Shown here in pieces: positions 18,009 to 28,092 of a stretch of DNA of 64,000 nucleotides. The position numbers and the translations under genes are program-made. The DNA lies in contig CP070751.1 of NCBI GenBank assembly GCA_020348445.1, forward strand, positions 222,006 through 286,005. The letters are read 5' to 3'. How positions within the stretch are numbered: position 1 is the first letter of the stretch; every line of letters starts with the position of its first letter. The notes beneath the pieces are model-generated. The model saw only the letters and a list, made by a program, of their open reading frames with translations. It ran no database searches and was not told the origin of the DNA. This stretch comes from Thermoplasmata archaeon (GTDB lineage: Archaea; Thermoplasmatota; Thermoplasmata; GCA-020350865).

Positions 18009-21000
18009 TTACTCTTCTTTTGTTTCTTCCTCGATATTCTCTGAAGGCGAGGGGCCCTCTTCTTCCTCCAAATTCTCTGGTGTAGAGGATTCCTCTTCCC
18101 CTTCTAGCGGAGCTTCTGGTTCCTCCGGCACTCTTGGTTCTTCTGGTCCCCCTGTCTCCTCAGGTTCACCTGAGTCCTCAAATTCCTTGGTTTCTTCCAG
18201 TTCTTCTGGTGTCTCTGGTTCTTTTGACTCCCCTGTCTCCTCAGGTTCACCTGATTCCTCAAATCCCTTGCCTTCTTCTAGGTCTTCTGGTGTCCCTGGT
18301 TCTTCTGGCTCCCCTGGTTCCTCAAGTTCACCCGATTCCTCAAATTCCTTAGGTTCTTCCAGCTCTTCAGATGTCTCTGGCTCCTCTGACTCCTCCAGTT
18401 CTTCAAATTCCTCAGCCTCTTTAGGCTCCTCTTCCTCTGTGATTGCCGCTTCTCCGGGTGGTGGAGGTAATTCCCTCTTCTCTTCGTGAGGGCCCGCTTC
18501 TTCTTCTGGTTTCTTACGTCTCGTCAACAACAACAAAACTACCAAGACGATTATAATTACGAGGACAATCAGTAATATCGTAAAATCGAATTCTTCCTCT
18601 TCAGATTTTTTCGATTTTGCAGAATCAAATGGAAAATCATCTTCCTCATCAGGAACTCCATCATTATCGTCGTCGGGATCTGTGGAGTCTGGAATGAAGT
18701 CACCATCGTTGTCTGGTGGTTTCGATCCTGAATCAAGTGGATCTGTACCCTCAGAATTTTCTACGGTGTCGTTGTAACCGTCATTGTCGTCATCAGGATC
18801 CTCAGAGTCCGGGATGCCGTCGGAATCAGTATCCAAGGGAGGTATCTCTAAAGGAACTGTCGTAAAGGTTAGGACATATTCTGATTCCATGGGATTTCCA
18901 ATTATATCGGTAACATCCTTGTCCATCGTCAACGTATAGGTTGTATTCCGCTCTAGATTGTTGGTTGCAAAGGACAAGGACAATACAGTGCCCTCTGCAT
19001 TCCACTGGTATGTGAACTCCGCTGTGGGGGATATTTCCACATAATCAGTGGCATTGAATTTAACCATGGGCTCGCTGAAGGTGATGGAAATTGTGGAATC
19101 GATTTCCACCTCAGTTGACTGGTTCGTGGGTGTTGTGGAAACAACATAGGGATGTGTAGCGTCCACAGTGATTTCAAACCAAATTCTCGCCTCGTTTCCC
19201 ACCTCGTCCTCTGCCTCAACAAAGACTGTATAATGCCCGTCATCCCAATCTGAAGTATCGATATCATACGGGTCCTCAAGATCAGTATATGTGACTCCAT
19301 CCTTCGAGAATTCCACTGATTCCGTGTCTAATGAAAGCACACTGATTTGAATGATTGTCCCTTGGAGGATTGTAGAATGATTGAGGGCAGGGTCCACTGA
19401 AATATCAGGAGGCGTGGTGTCCAATGTGAAGAAAAATGATTGGCTGCTTGGATTTCCTGCCTCATCTATCGCATTAATTAGAATCGTATAGCCTCCATCA
19501 AGCCAGCCAACAGTTGATATATCGAATGGATCCGAAAATGACTGGGCCGTCTCTCCATTTATGGAGTAATTGGCATGTAATAAGTTGGACTCAATTATAG
19601 AGAAGTTCAAATTCGTTCCAGCATGGATTACCGAGTTGTGGGGAGGTGAGTTCAGCTGAATTACGGGATCTGTGGAATCTATTGTAAAGAAATACCACTG
19701 GATCTCCACATTTCCTGCCAAATCTGTGGCTTTGATCAGAACTTCGTGGTCTCCGCTTGACCATCCTGAGGTGGATAACTCAAAGGGATCTGCGATTGGA
19801 AATTCTGTTCCGCCATCAAGGGAATAATTAACCTGCATCAGATTCAGATCCTCTATTGAAAAGTCCAATGTAGTTCCAGGAGCTATCACAGAATTATTTA
19901 GTGGGGAATCCAAAGAGATGGTGGGCTTATAAGAATCGATTTTAAAGGTGAACAAAGAGGAATTTGAATTACCAACAGAATCAACACAGTTGATTTGAAC
20001 TGTGTTCTCCCCCTCCATCCATCCTGCGGTGGAAATGTTGAATGGATCGGTAAGCGGTATTGCTGGCCCTCCATTTAACGAGTAATTTGCCCAACCAAAG
20101 TATGGATCAGAGAACGAAAAGTCCAAAACTGTCCCATTTAGAATGTACGAACCGTTACCGGGAGTGTTCAAAATTATCTCAGGTCCTGAGCTGTCCAAGG
20201 TGAATGTATACGAGCTCGTGTTTAGATTGCCTACAATGTCCAATGCTTTGATTAAAATTGTATAATCACCATCATCCCACCCTGAGGTGGTGATATCGAA
20301 GGGGTCGGTAAACGGAACATCTGTGGCTCCATTTATGGAGTAATTAATCTGTGCCAAATTATCATCCGTGACTGTAAAGTTCAATATAGTTCCTTGGACA
20401 ATGACAGAATTGTTATCTGGAGAGTTCAAGATTATCTTTGGAAGTGTTGAATCGATTGTGAAGTTGAACCAGGAAGATTTGAGATTTCCTGCCCAATCCA
20501 AGGCATTGATCTGGACAATATAATTATTGTCAAGCCATCCTGTCGTGGAAATATCGAAACCTGGGAAAAGTGGAGTTTCAGGCCCTCCATTTACCGAATA
20601 ATTCACCTGCATTAGGTTCGTATCTTCAACATAAAAGTCAAGAATGGTTCCACTCTGAATTATCGAGTTGTTGGACGGAGAATTCAACTGAATTGTCGGC
20701 AGAATTGTATCAATTGTAAAGGAGTACCAAGAAATATTCAAATGGCCTGCTAAATCAATTGCTTTTATAAGTATTGTATAATCACCATCACTCCATCCAG
20801 TCGTGGGAATATCAAATGGAGTGGAAAACGGAATCTCTGGCCCTACGTTTATGGTGTAATTGACATGATCGAGGTTGTTGTCGGTGATTGAGAAATTTAA
20901 AACAAGCCCATCACGGAAAACTGAATTGTTGCTTGGAGAATTTAAAATAATTAGTGGCGGTATTGAGTCCACAGTAAAGTAAAATGTTCTCTCTGCATAA

Positions 21001-24000
21001 TTATTATTGATATCCTTTGCCTGGACTGTAACCACGTGCAATCCGTCTGACCAGCTGGAAACAGATATATCAAATGGATCTAGAAAGAGCAGGTTAGGGC
21101 CACCATTCAATGAATAATTTGCATAATCAAAATCCCAATCTGTTATCTTGAAATCAAGAATGTCGCTTGGTGTGATAACGGAATTATTTGCAGGGGATAT
21201 CAGCCAGATTAGAGGCGGGATTAGATCTTTTAGGTCCATGAGAGGATAGTTGTCCAATGAATCTAAATCGACCCAATACTCGGTATCTCCAATACCATCA
21301 GGAGGAGGTACATCCTGTGTAGGAGTGGAATTGAAGTCGAAACCTGTGTAGTCGCTCCAGAAGTTCCCTCCTGCGGGATAACCATTATCCCATTGATTAC
21401 CATTGTTGCTATCATCGAAAGCCTGATTTGTATTATCTATGATGTTATTGTGGTAAACCAGGTTGTTTGAGGATCCTGCAAGAGATATCCCGTACATTGT
21501 GTTTGAGGATACGGTGTTGTTGGTTATGTTATTGTTCTGGGAGGCATACAGATACATCCCATGCCTGTTGTTTGAAGCCACATTGCTTGTGACATCATTT
21601 CCTGATGAGAAACCCATTAATATACCAACAGTACCATCAGTCAGGTCCTGATACTCTATAATCACGTTCGTGCAGTTGCCCAAAATCACCTCACCACCGT
21701 CTGAAGGGACCGTACCGCTAATCTGGTCCTTCCAGTAGTATACTGGCTTACCGTTCACTGTATTCGGAGTATCGATATCGTGTGTATTCCAATGTTCTAC
21801 GAGATCACCCTCGATCCAAATTCCGTTCTGAACCAAAGGATTTGAGATCAGATTATTCCCAGTGGAGTAGCCGAGATGTATACCAGATATGTTGTTGTAC
21901 GATGCAGGATTGGCAAACAGGGTATTTCCATTAGATCGATATAGGTAGATGCCATACCAATTATTCGAAGATGCATCGTTACCTAGAATGTCGTTGTTAT
22001 TTGAAAATCCCAACTCAATTCCCACGGTACCGTAGGTAGGTTCGGTAATCGAGACTTCCACATTCATGCAATTGGCAAGTATAACCTCCCCTGCATCAGA
22101 AGGGACTATGCCACTTGTCTGGTCCTTCCAATAGTATACTGGCTTGCCATTTACTGTATTATTGGTATCGATGGTGTGGGTGTTCCAGTGGTTAATATCC
22201 CCTTGTTCAATGAATATTCCGTCCCGAATCATTGTATTTGCGGTGATGTTAATGTTTAATGAGAGGTAAAGAAAGATACCACAATCATTATAGGAAGCGT
22301 TATTGCCATCAAGGATGATCTGACTGGATCCGTCGAGATTGATGCCGTACCTGTTGTACGAAACGTTGTTACTTGTCAAATTGTTATCACTAGAACTCCA
22401 CACATATATGCCATCACCAATATTTTCCATTATATTGTTGTTTGTGAGATTATTATCATTTGAAGTGCGCAGATAGATGCCGTCATCCTCGTTCATATAC
22501 GCGGCGTTGTCAGTGAGATTATTATTGTTGGCATCCCTAAGATATATACCATCTCCCAAGTTATAGGAGGCATTGTTATCGATGAGATCGTTCTCATGGG
22601 AGGATCTGAGATATATACCACTTGCCGCATTGTTCCATACAGTATTATTGATCAAGTCATTGTTATCAGAAAATTGGAGATAGAATCCATTTCCTGTTCC
22701 CCATCCAAAACCACTTCGGGTCATGGATGCAACATTATCAGTGACTGTGCAGGTGCTGACATCCCTCAGATAGAGGCCCAATGTGGTGTTTGAAGCGATG
22801 TTGTTTGTGACATCATAATCACTGATATCTCTTAAATATAGGCCCATTCCGCTGTCTGAGGCATTGTTGCCTTCAATGGTGCCATCACTGCAATATCTTA
22901 GATAAATACCGCGCTCGGCGTTTAAGGTGACGATGTTTCCAGTAATATTATTCCAGTCTGAAATATAGGCATAAAAGCCATATACCCCATTTAATGCGTC
23001 CACCTGCGAGATCGTGGTATTAAATGAATATCCAAGCTCCACTCCAACAGAAGCATTGGACAAATCTTGGTCAATAATCTGGATGTCTGTGCAATTCACA
23101 AGAAGGACCTGCCCTGCGCCTGCGGGTATCGATCCCCCCACTTGATTTACCCAGTAATAAATGGGTTTTGTATTTGCCGTATTGGAGGTGTTGATGTAAT
23201 GGCTAGCCCACTCTCCAAGGAAATTCCCGAAGATAAATACACCGTTATTTACCATAGAATTGAAAGTTAAGTTATTTGCGTTCGAGCTAGAAAGATAGAT
23301 ACCAAAGTAATTGTCTGAAATGATATTTCCTGTGAGGATGTTCATATCAGATTCCAAAACATCGATACCGTAATCATTATCAGTAATATTGTTGCTGTCA
23401 ACAGTATTTTCACCGGATTGATAAACTAAAATACCGTCAGCACTACCACCCATACCGCCTCCATGATGGTTAAATATAGTGTTGTCTATGATATTGTTTC
23501 GGAATGAGCCTTGAACATGAATGCCCTCATCAACGTTGCCCTCAATAAGGTTGCTCTCAATGGTGCTATCAACGGTATTGATAACACGTATACCGTCTCT
23601 ACCATTACCGGTAACATAATTGTCTACCACAGAACAGTTATCTACATTCGAAAGTACTATACCTCCATTACTCATACCCCCACCCCCACCGGTGACAGTA
23701 AATCCTGTCATGTTCACCCAATCTGCAGTAATTGTGACGACATCACCACTTCCGCTCCCATCGATTATCGTGCTATTCTTGTCCTCTCCAGTGAGATTTA
23801 AGGTCCTATCCACGACTATATTCTCAAAATATGTTCCATTGTAAACAAAGACTGTGCTCCCAGGACTGGCCGCATTTATCGCATCCTGTATAGTTGTGTA
23901 GTTTTCTGCTGGATTTCCAGGCCCTGAGCCGGGAACATCGTCAACATAGATCGTTGTGCCTCTCACAGGTGATGTGATCTCGACCATAAAGAAAACAATG

Positions 24001-24053
24001 CTCATTAGGATCACAAAACTTAATAAAAACGCCCTAACTTTCATAAGAACCAC
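18009..24053 (-). CDS. Large cell-surface protein (2014 aa): NosD/CASH right-handed beta-helix, tandem Ig-like repeats, Asp-rich Ca-binding repeats, TM anchor, acidic cytoplasmic tail
   Basis: Signal peptide; GIYL...N..TNN beta-helix coils; three NTxNxKPxYYW modules; repeated PxIxLxSPxNNSxI units; DTDSDGIPDSEDPDDDNDG repeats; TM ILLIVLVIIIVLVVLLLL-TRRKK; Glu/Pro tail. Confidence 0.88.
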   Translation of the reverse strand: MVLMKVRAFLLSFVILMSIVFFMVEITSPVRGTTIYVDDVPGSGPGNPAENYTTIQDAINAASPGSTVFVYNGTYFENIVVDRTLNLTGEDKNSTIIDGSGSGDVVTITADWVNMTGFTVTGGGGGMSNGGIVLSNVDNCSVVDNYVTGNGRDGIRVINTVDSTIESNLIEGNVDEGIHVQGSFRNNIIDNTIFNHHGGGMGGSADGILVYQSGENTVDSNNITDNDYGIDVLESDMNILTGNIISDNYFGIYLSSSNANNLTFNSMVNNGVFIFGNFLGEWASHYINTSNTANTKPIYYWVNQVGGSIPAGAGQVLLVNCTDIQIIDQDLSNASVGVELGYSFNTTISQVDALNGVYGFYAYISDWNNITGNIVTLNAERGIYLRYCSDGTIEGNNASDSGMGLYLRDISDYDVTNNIASNTTLGLYLRDVSTCTVTDNVASMTRSGFGWGTGNGFYLQFSDNNDLINNTVWNNAASGIYLRSSHENDLIDNNASYNLGDGIYLRDANNNNLTDNAAYMNEDDGIYLRTSNDNNLTNNNIMENIGDGIYVWSSSDNNLTSNNVSYNRYGINLDGSSQIILDGNNASYNDCGIFLYLSLNINITANTMIRDGIFIEQGDINHWNTHTIDTNNTVNGKPVYYWKDQTSGIVPSDAGEVILANCMNVEVSITEPTYGTVGIELGFSNNNDILGNDASSNNWYGIYLYRSNGNTLFANPASYNNISGIHLGYSTGNNLISNPLVQNGIWIEGDLVEHWNTHDIDTPNTVNGKPVYYWKDQISGTVPSDGGEVILGNCTNVIIEYQDLTDGTVGILMGFSSGNDVTSNVASNNRHGMYLYASQNNNITNNTVSSNTMYGISLAGSSNNLVYHNNIIDNTNQAFDDSNNGNQWDNGYPAGGNFWSDYTGFDFNSTPTQDVPPPDGIGDTEYWVDLDSLDNYPLMDLKDLIPPLIWLISPANNSVITPSDILDFKITDWDFDYANYSLNGGPNLLFLDPFDISVSSWSDGLHVVTVQAKDINNNYAERTFYFTVDSIPPLIILNSPSNNSVFRDGLVLNFSITDNNLDHVNYTINVGPEIPFSTPFDIPTTGWSDGDYTILIKAIDLAGHLNISWYSFTIDTILPTIQLNSPSNNSIIQSGTILDFYVEDTNLMQVNYSVNGGPETPLFPGFDISTTGWLDNNYIVQINALDWAGNLKSSWFNFTIDSTLPKIILNSPDNNSVIVQGTILNFTVTDDNLAQINYSINGATDVPFTDPFDITTSGWDDGDYTILIKALDIVGNLNTSSYTFTLDSSGPEIILNTPGNGSYILNGTVLDFSFSDPYFGWANYSLNGGPAIPLTDPFNISTAGWMEGENTVQINCVDSVGNSNSSLFTFKIDSYKPTISLDSPLNNSVIAPGTTLDFSIEDLNLMQVNYSLDGGTEFPIADPFELSTSGWSSGDHEVLIKATDLAGNVEIQWYFFTIDSTDPVIQLNSPPHNSVIHAGTNLNFSIIESNLLHANYSINGETAQSFSDPFDISTVGWLDGGYTILINAIDEAGNPSSQSFFFTLDTTPPDISVDPALNHSTILQGTIIQISVLSLDTESVEFSKDGVTYTDLEDPYDIDTSDWDDGHYTVFVEAEDEVGNEARIWFEITVDATHPYVVSTTPTNQSTEVEIDSTISITFSEPMVKFNATDYVEISPTAEFTYQWNAEGTVLSLSFATNNLERNTTYTLTMDKDVTDIIGNPMESEYVLTFTTVPLEIPPLDTDSDGIPDSEDPDDDNDGYNDTVENSEGTDPLDSGSKPPDNDGDFIPDSTDPDDDNDGVPDEEDDFPFDSAKSKKSEEEEFDFTILLIVLVIIIVLVVLLLLTRRKKPEEEAGPHEEKRELPPPPGEAAITEEEEPKEAEEFEELEESEEPETSEELEEPKEFEESGELEEPGEPEEPGTPEDLEEGKGFEESGEPEETGESKEPETPEELEETKEFEDSGEPEETGGPEEPRVPEEPEAPLEGEEESSTPENLEEEEGPSPSENIEEETKEE
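18149..18391 (-). repeat. 81-bp (27-aa) coding tandem repeat x about 3 in the acidic tail of the large surface protein
   Basis: CCCCTGTCTCCTCAGGTTCACCTGA at 18149 and 18230; protein units EEPETSEELEEPKEFEESGELEEPGEP, EEPGTPEDLEEGKGFEESGEPEETGES, KEPETPEELEETKEFEDSGEPEETGGP. Confidence 0.8.
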
Positions 24054-24194
24054 TGGGGGGGCGTAATGTTTAGTTAGGTAAATAAACTTTGGTAAGATTT
24101 TTTGAAAACCCAGTCATTGTACCAATTATATCTTTCTATAGCATATCGCCCCAAGTTGTGCTCTATCCACATACGCCAAAAATGTATAAAATCC

Positions 24195-24857
24195 TTAAGC
24201 AGCAGCCTCGGCTTCCTCCGCAGCCTCCATTATGGCCTTTATCCTCTTTCGTCTGAAGAAGTCCTCTCTCTCCCTCTCCTGCAGCTGCATCTCGATGTAC
24301 TTCTCTGTGGCTTTAAGCCTGGGAATGAAAATATGTTCCAGGGCATTGACTCTTCGCTTTGTCTTTTCTATCTCGATTGCCAGGCGCTCGATTGTACCCT
24401 CTACTTCCGCGAGTCTTAAAATATCGATTAAGAGTTTTCGGAATTTCTCGCATGCCTCGTCCAACTTCGCGCTGGTGTCTATATACCCATAAAGTGGCTC
24501 CCCTGTCCGCGAGGGAATGGCGTCGTATTCAACCTTGGGGACATGAACCCCCATGATGTTCACAGTTCTCATGGGCACTTTCCCTAATTCCGGAATCGAA
24601 CCCGTAGCATCCCCAACCTTGTCCTGGCCCATGATCATCTGGGCCTCCATCAAGGCTGTGTAGGACCTCTTAAGGTCGGAATTGGCCTTCTCCCTCAAGG
24701 TGTTTCTGTCCTTTATAATATCGAAGAACTGAACCACAAGGGCGTCCCTCTTCTCGCTTAAAAGTTTGTGTCCTTTCTCGGCGAGCTTCTTCCTTTTCCT
24801 TACTGAGAGAAGTTCCATGCGGGTGGGATTAATACCTTCAATTATCTCCTCTACCAT
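24195..24857 (-). CDS. atpD: A/V-type ATP synthase subunit D
   Basis: INPTRMELL, GHKLLSEKRDALV and EIEKTKRRVNALEHIFIP motifs; start placed at MVEEII. Confidence 0.95.
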   Translation of the reverse strand: MVEEIIEGINPTRMELLSVRKRKKLAEKGHKLLSEKRDALVVQFFDIIKDRNTLREKANSDLKRSYTALMEAQMIMGQDKVGDATGSIPELGKVPMRTVNIMGVHVPKVEYDAIPSRTGEPLYGYIDTSAKLDEACEKFRKLLIDILRLAEVEGTIERLAIEIEKTKRRVNALEHIFIPRLKATEKYIEMQLQEREREDFFRRKRIKAIMEAAEEAEAAA

Positions 24858-25041
24858 TGTAATCACACGCTTGGACAGGTTTGGATGTGATTCCCGAAAT
24901 AGCATGATTAATTAAATGCTTTTCTGTGGTTTCAGAAGAAAATTTAATCATCTTCCCTTTTCATGTAAAAAGAATAGTAAATGGGTGGAGGATAAGGAAG
25001 ATGAATTGACCTGAACTGATGGGGGTAGTGGCATTGTGTAT

Positions 25042-26085
25042 TCAATTGATCTTATATCTTAAAATCGCACCGATTCCTCCCAGTGCCTCGAGTTTTTTTC
25101 CTGCATCTTGCATTTCGTTGATAATCACGATTTCTGATTTCTTCTCTGATGCGAGGTTGAGCAGCTCGTTCACCTTCTTCTCCCTTACCAGTTTATCGGT
25201 GACCAACAATGTGGATACGGCTCCTGCTATTAGTGCACTTTCGACCTCGTTTTGGCCATAGGCGTAGTTGCCGTTCTTTGATATCTCTTTTAATAGCTCC
25301 TCTATCATGTTGGTTTCATATGCAACCCTTGTGTTGTGAAGGATCTTGGGTGCAAGTCCCTCCTTGAGGATCTCTTGAATCCCTGTCATACCCACATGAC
25401 CTGTCCCTTGAAGTGTGCTATTTGAAAAAAGCTCTGGATTTATGTTTTTACCGTAATTAAAAAACTCCTCTTTGGCAAACCCAGGCCCCAGAATAATAAG
25501 TGGTTTTGGGTCCATTAAAAGACCTTCCAGTTTACCAAGAACCTCCCGATAGAACCTCGTCTTGGCTTCTTTGCTTCTTTTGTATCGTTTGCCTGATTCT
25601 CCAGTGGTTATATGGGCCATCTCTTGAACACCCGATTGTCGAAGAATGGCAAAATGTGCTTCATCATAATCTATGCTTAGAAATAGGACCAAAGGCTGTT
25701 TCGTGGCAGATTGGGCTTCCGCCAAACGTTTAAGATGATGATCGCTCCACGTCTCTTTTATTATACTGATTTTATCCCCCTCTTTCAGATTCAGCGTGTG
25801 ATAGGACCCGATATCCTGGGGGCCTTCATTTATAATGCCATGAACCCTCAATCGATCCGCGAACTCATGAAATTCTATTTCTTCCACCAATATCCCCAGC
25901 CGCATGGGTTTTTTCTTTCCCCTCTCGGGCCTGAGCTTGTCTGTCTTCTTCTCCTCCCGCCGGTGGGTCATTGCCCAAACCAAATCGCCTTTTTCGAGCA
26001 TGTTAAATAAATGCCACAGATCATCCATGGACTCAATTAGCAATTTTATCTCGGTTCCCTTTTTATCTTTGTAAAGGACCTTCAA
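25042..26085 (-). CDS. pelA: Pelota/Dom34 ribosome rescue factor
   Basis: ESMDDLWHL, RLRVHGII, GSYHTLN, GPGFAKE and LGGIGAILRY motifs; TTG start. Confidence 0.95.
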   Translation of the reverse strand: MKVLYKDKKGTEIKLLIESMDDLWHLFNMLEKGDLVWAMTHRREEKKTDKLRPERGKKKPMRLGILVEEIEFHEFADRLRVHGIINEGPQDIGSYHTLNLKEGDKISIIKETWSDHHLKRLAEAQSATKQPLVLFLSIDYDEAHFAILRQSGVQEMAHITTGESGKRYKRSKEAKTRFYREVLGKLEGLLMDPKPLIILGPGFAKEEFFNYGKNINPELFSNSTLQGTGHVGMTGIQEILKEGLAPKILHNTRVAYETNMIEELLKEISKNGNYAYGQNEVESALIAGAVSTLLVTDKLVREKKVNELLNLASEKKSEIVIINEMQDAGKKLEALGGIGAILRYKIN

Positions 26086-26282
26086 TTCTCTCCCTCAGGG
26101 TATACTCAAATCTTATTTCGCCTTATAATGAACCAATATAAATAAGTTTATCGTGACTGTGAATGCCTTCAATTACTGTTTGAATTATGTTCCGAACCTA
26201 AAGTGGGATTCTCCAATAAAAAATTATATATAAATTCATTTCCATTAGGGTTATACATCTTATTCATAGGGATGGGATTATA

Positions 26283-26516
26283 ATGTGTAGGTACAGCTAC
26301 GGTAATGGCAGATGTGCAAACATCGACGTTGATGTGAATTTTTGTGTGGGCGAGAAGAACTGCAATCTATCTGATATACTGAGAAGTAGAGCCTTTCGAG
26401 GACAGCCCCAGGATAATATTTGGCGCCCCATACCATCAAATGTGTGGTCCGACAAAATGCTATTAGGCAGCAAAAAAACGAAGGCTAATTACAAAATTGG
26501 CACGGAATTTAAATGA
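26283..26516 (+). CDS. Small Cys-rich protein
   Basis: CRYSYGNGRC...FCVGEKNC; the same Cys4 motif recurs in the next ORF; ATGA overlap with it. Confidence 0.6.
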   Translation: MCRYSYGNGRCANIDVDVNFCVGEKNCNLSDILRSRAFRGQPQDNIWRPIPSNVWSDKMLLGSKKTKANYKIGTEFK

Positions 26517-26749
26517 TCTGCAAGTACGATGATGGAAATGGGTGGTGTACCTCAAAATTCGAGGGATTTGGATGTATAAAGGAAAGATGTGAGATTTACG
26601 CCCCTAAAAACGATGAAGGGAATGAATGTTCTGGTATTGCAGGGCAAGGCATCTACTGCAGAAAGTACAATCGCTTCTTTTGCGCCGGAAAGGAAAATTG
26701 CACAAACCAAAATAAATATAATAGAAAGCTAAAAATGAACTTTTACTGA
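26513..26749 (+). CDS. Small Cys-rich protein with two Cys4 motifs
   Basis: CKYDDGNGWC...GCIKERC and CSGIAGQGIYC...FCAGKENC. Confidence 0.7.
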   Translation: MICKYDDGNGWCTSKFEGFGCIKERCEIYAPKNDEGNECSGIAGQGIYCRKYNRFFCAGKENCTNQNKYNRKLKMNFY

Positions 26750-26761
26750 GAGAGATGGGAC

Positions 26762-26866
26762 ATGAAAATAAACCTTGGAAAATGGGAGTACGATCTCAGT
26801 CTAAAAGGTGCGAAGCTCGTGAGTTACAATATCTATGCTAATTCATGGGTTCGGATCATAAGATAG
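26762..26866 (+). CDS. Putative 34-aa microprotein
   Basis: MKINLGKWEYDLSLKGAKLVSYNIYANSWVRIIR*, starting 13 nt after the previous stop behind a purine-rich GAGAGAGATGGG. Confidence 0.35.
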   Translation: MKINLGKWEYDLSLKGAKLVSYNIYANSWVRIIR

Positions 26867-27045
26867 ACCTTAACATGAAATATTTGGATCTGGATCCCCA
26901 AAATAACATGGGACATTGGGTATAAGTCAATTTAAGAAGGGATTAAGGGGAAATCACCAAAGAAAATTGGAAATTGAATGCAATACAAATCCGAGAAAGT
27001 ATTAACGGAAATTATTGAATTTTAAAAGCTGAATGCCACCAATTT

Positions 27046-27345
27046 TTATCCTGCGATATGTTTTCTACATCTTGCACATATGATTTTGCACTCTTTACCA
27101 CATTTTTGACATGTGCCTATTAAAAATCGTTCAGTAACAGGTGCGCGGCAGCACTCCGAGATGACATCGACCAATTCTCCACAATAGCTGCATCTATGCT
27201 TTTTACCCTGCTTAAGCCCGTGCTTTCTAAAATAGTAAAGGTATATCAAGAAAATAATAAAAAGTATGATAGCTAGAACTATTGCGTATATACAAAGGTT
27301 CCCCAGGGGTAAATCTGTCCCGTTATCATTAATACTCAGCACCAA
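27046..27345 (-). CDS. Small membrane-anchored zinc-finger protein
   Basis: TM segment LCIYAIVLAIILFIIFLIYLYYF followed by CSYC, CC, CQKCGKEC and CARC. Confidence 0.65.
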   Translation of the reverse strand: MVLSINDNGTDLPLGNLCIYAIVLAIILFIIFLIYLYYFRKHGLKQGKKHRCSYCGELVDVISECCRAPVTERFLIGTCQKCGKECKIICARCRKHIAG

Positions 27346-27527
27346 CCTAAAGATCTATATTCTGAGGATATAAATAGACTTATATAATAAAATATCTTTC
27401 CATTTTTCTTTGGATGATCATGAGAATATGATTAACAAATATGAAGATATATACTATAAAATTTAAATGATTTAAGAATAAAAATAAGCTAAAGAACGAA
27501 AAAATTTAAAATGCATAGGATATTCGG

Positions 27528-27920
27528 GTGCTGATAACAATGTCTCTTAGGCGATTTTTCACGACTTACACCCTTCAATTCGGGTTTATTCTCTTTATAC
27601 TTGGTATTATTCTTACGATACTAGGTATTTTTGGTGTGTTCTATTACGATCAAAGCCCAGATTTTCTGAAGAGAACCCTGGATTATATAGGTAATTGGAC
27701 ATATTGGTGTATACTTGTTGGCCCTATTTTGCTCATTGCAGGAGGCTGGTATTTTTTTGATAATATAAATAAAAGAAAGGAATTCAAAGAACTTTTAGAA
27801 ACCACAAGTAAGGCTAAATTCATAAGAAATCAGGATAGGGTTGAATTTCTAGCCTGGAAATTGACTCCTGAACATCAAAACCAATTGGCAGAGAAAAAGA
27901 GAAAGTTTCATATTAAGTAG
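27528..27920 (+). CDS. DUF3198-like membrane protein
   Basis: Two TM helices followed by F.ELL.T.SKAKFIRNQD.VE.LAWKL; resembles the DUF3198 family from memory, not searched. Confidence 0.7.
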   Translation: MLITMSLRRFFTTYTLQFGFILFILGIILTILGIFGVFYYDQSPDFLKRTLDYIGNWTYWCILVGPILLIAGGWYFFDNINKRKEFKELLETTSKAKFIRNQDRVEFLAWKLTPEHQNQLAEKKRKFHIK

Positions 27921-28092
27921 TGGTTTATGTGATGAAATCCTGTAATCCAAAGAGACATTTTAAAAATTTAATGTGACAAATAATTCAAGGATTTGGGGGA
28001 ATATACGTTTAGCTGGGGGGGGCCTTTATTTCCTATGGAACTATATTTTTTATAATAAATAGATTGATATTCCCCAATCTGTTTACTAGATA

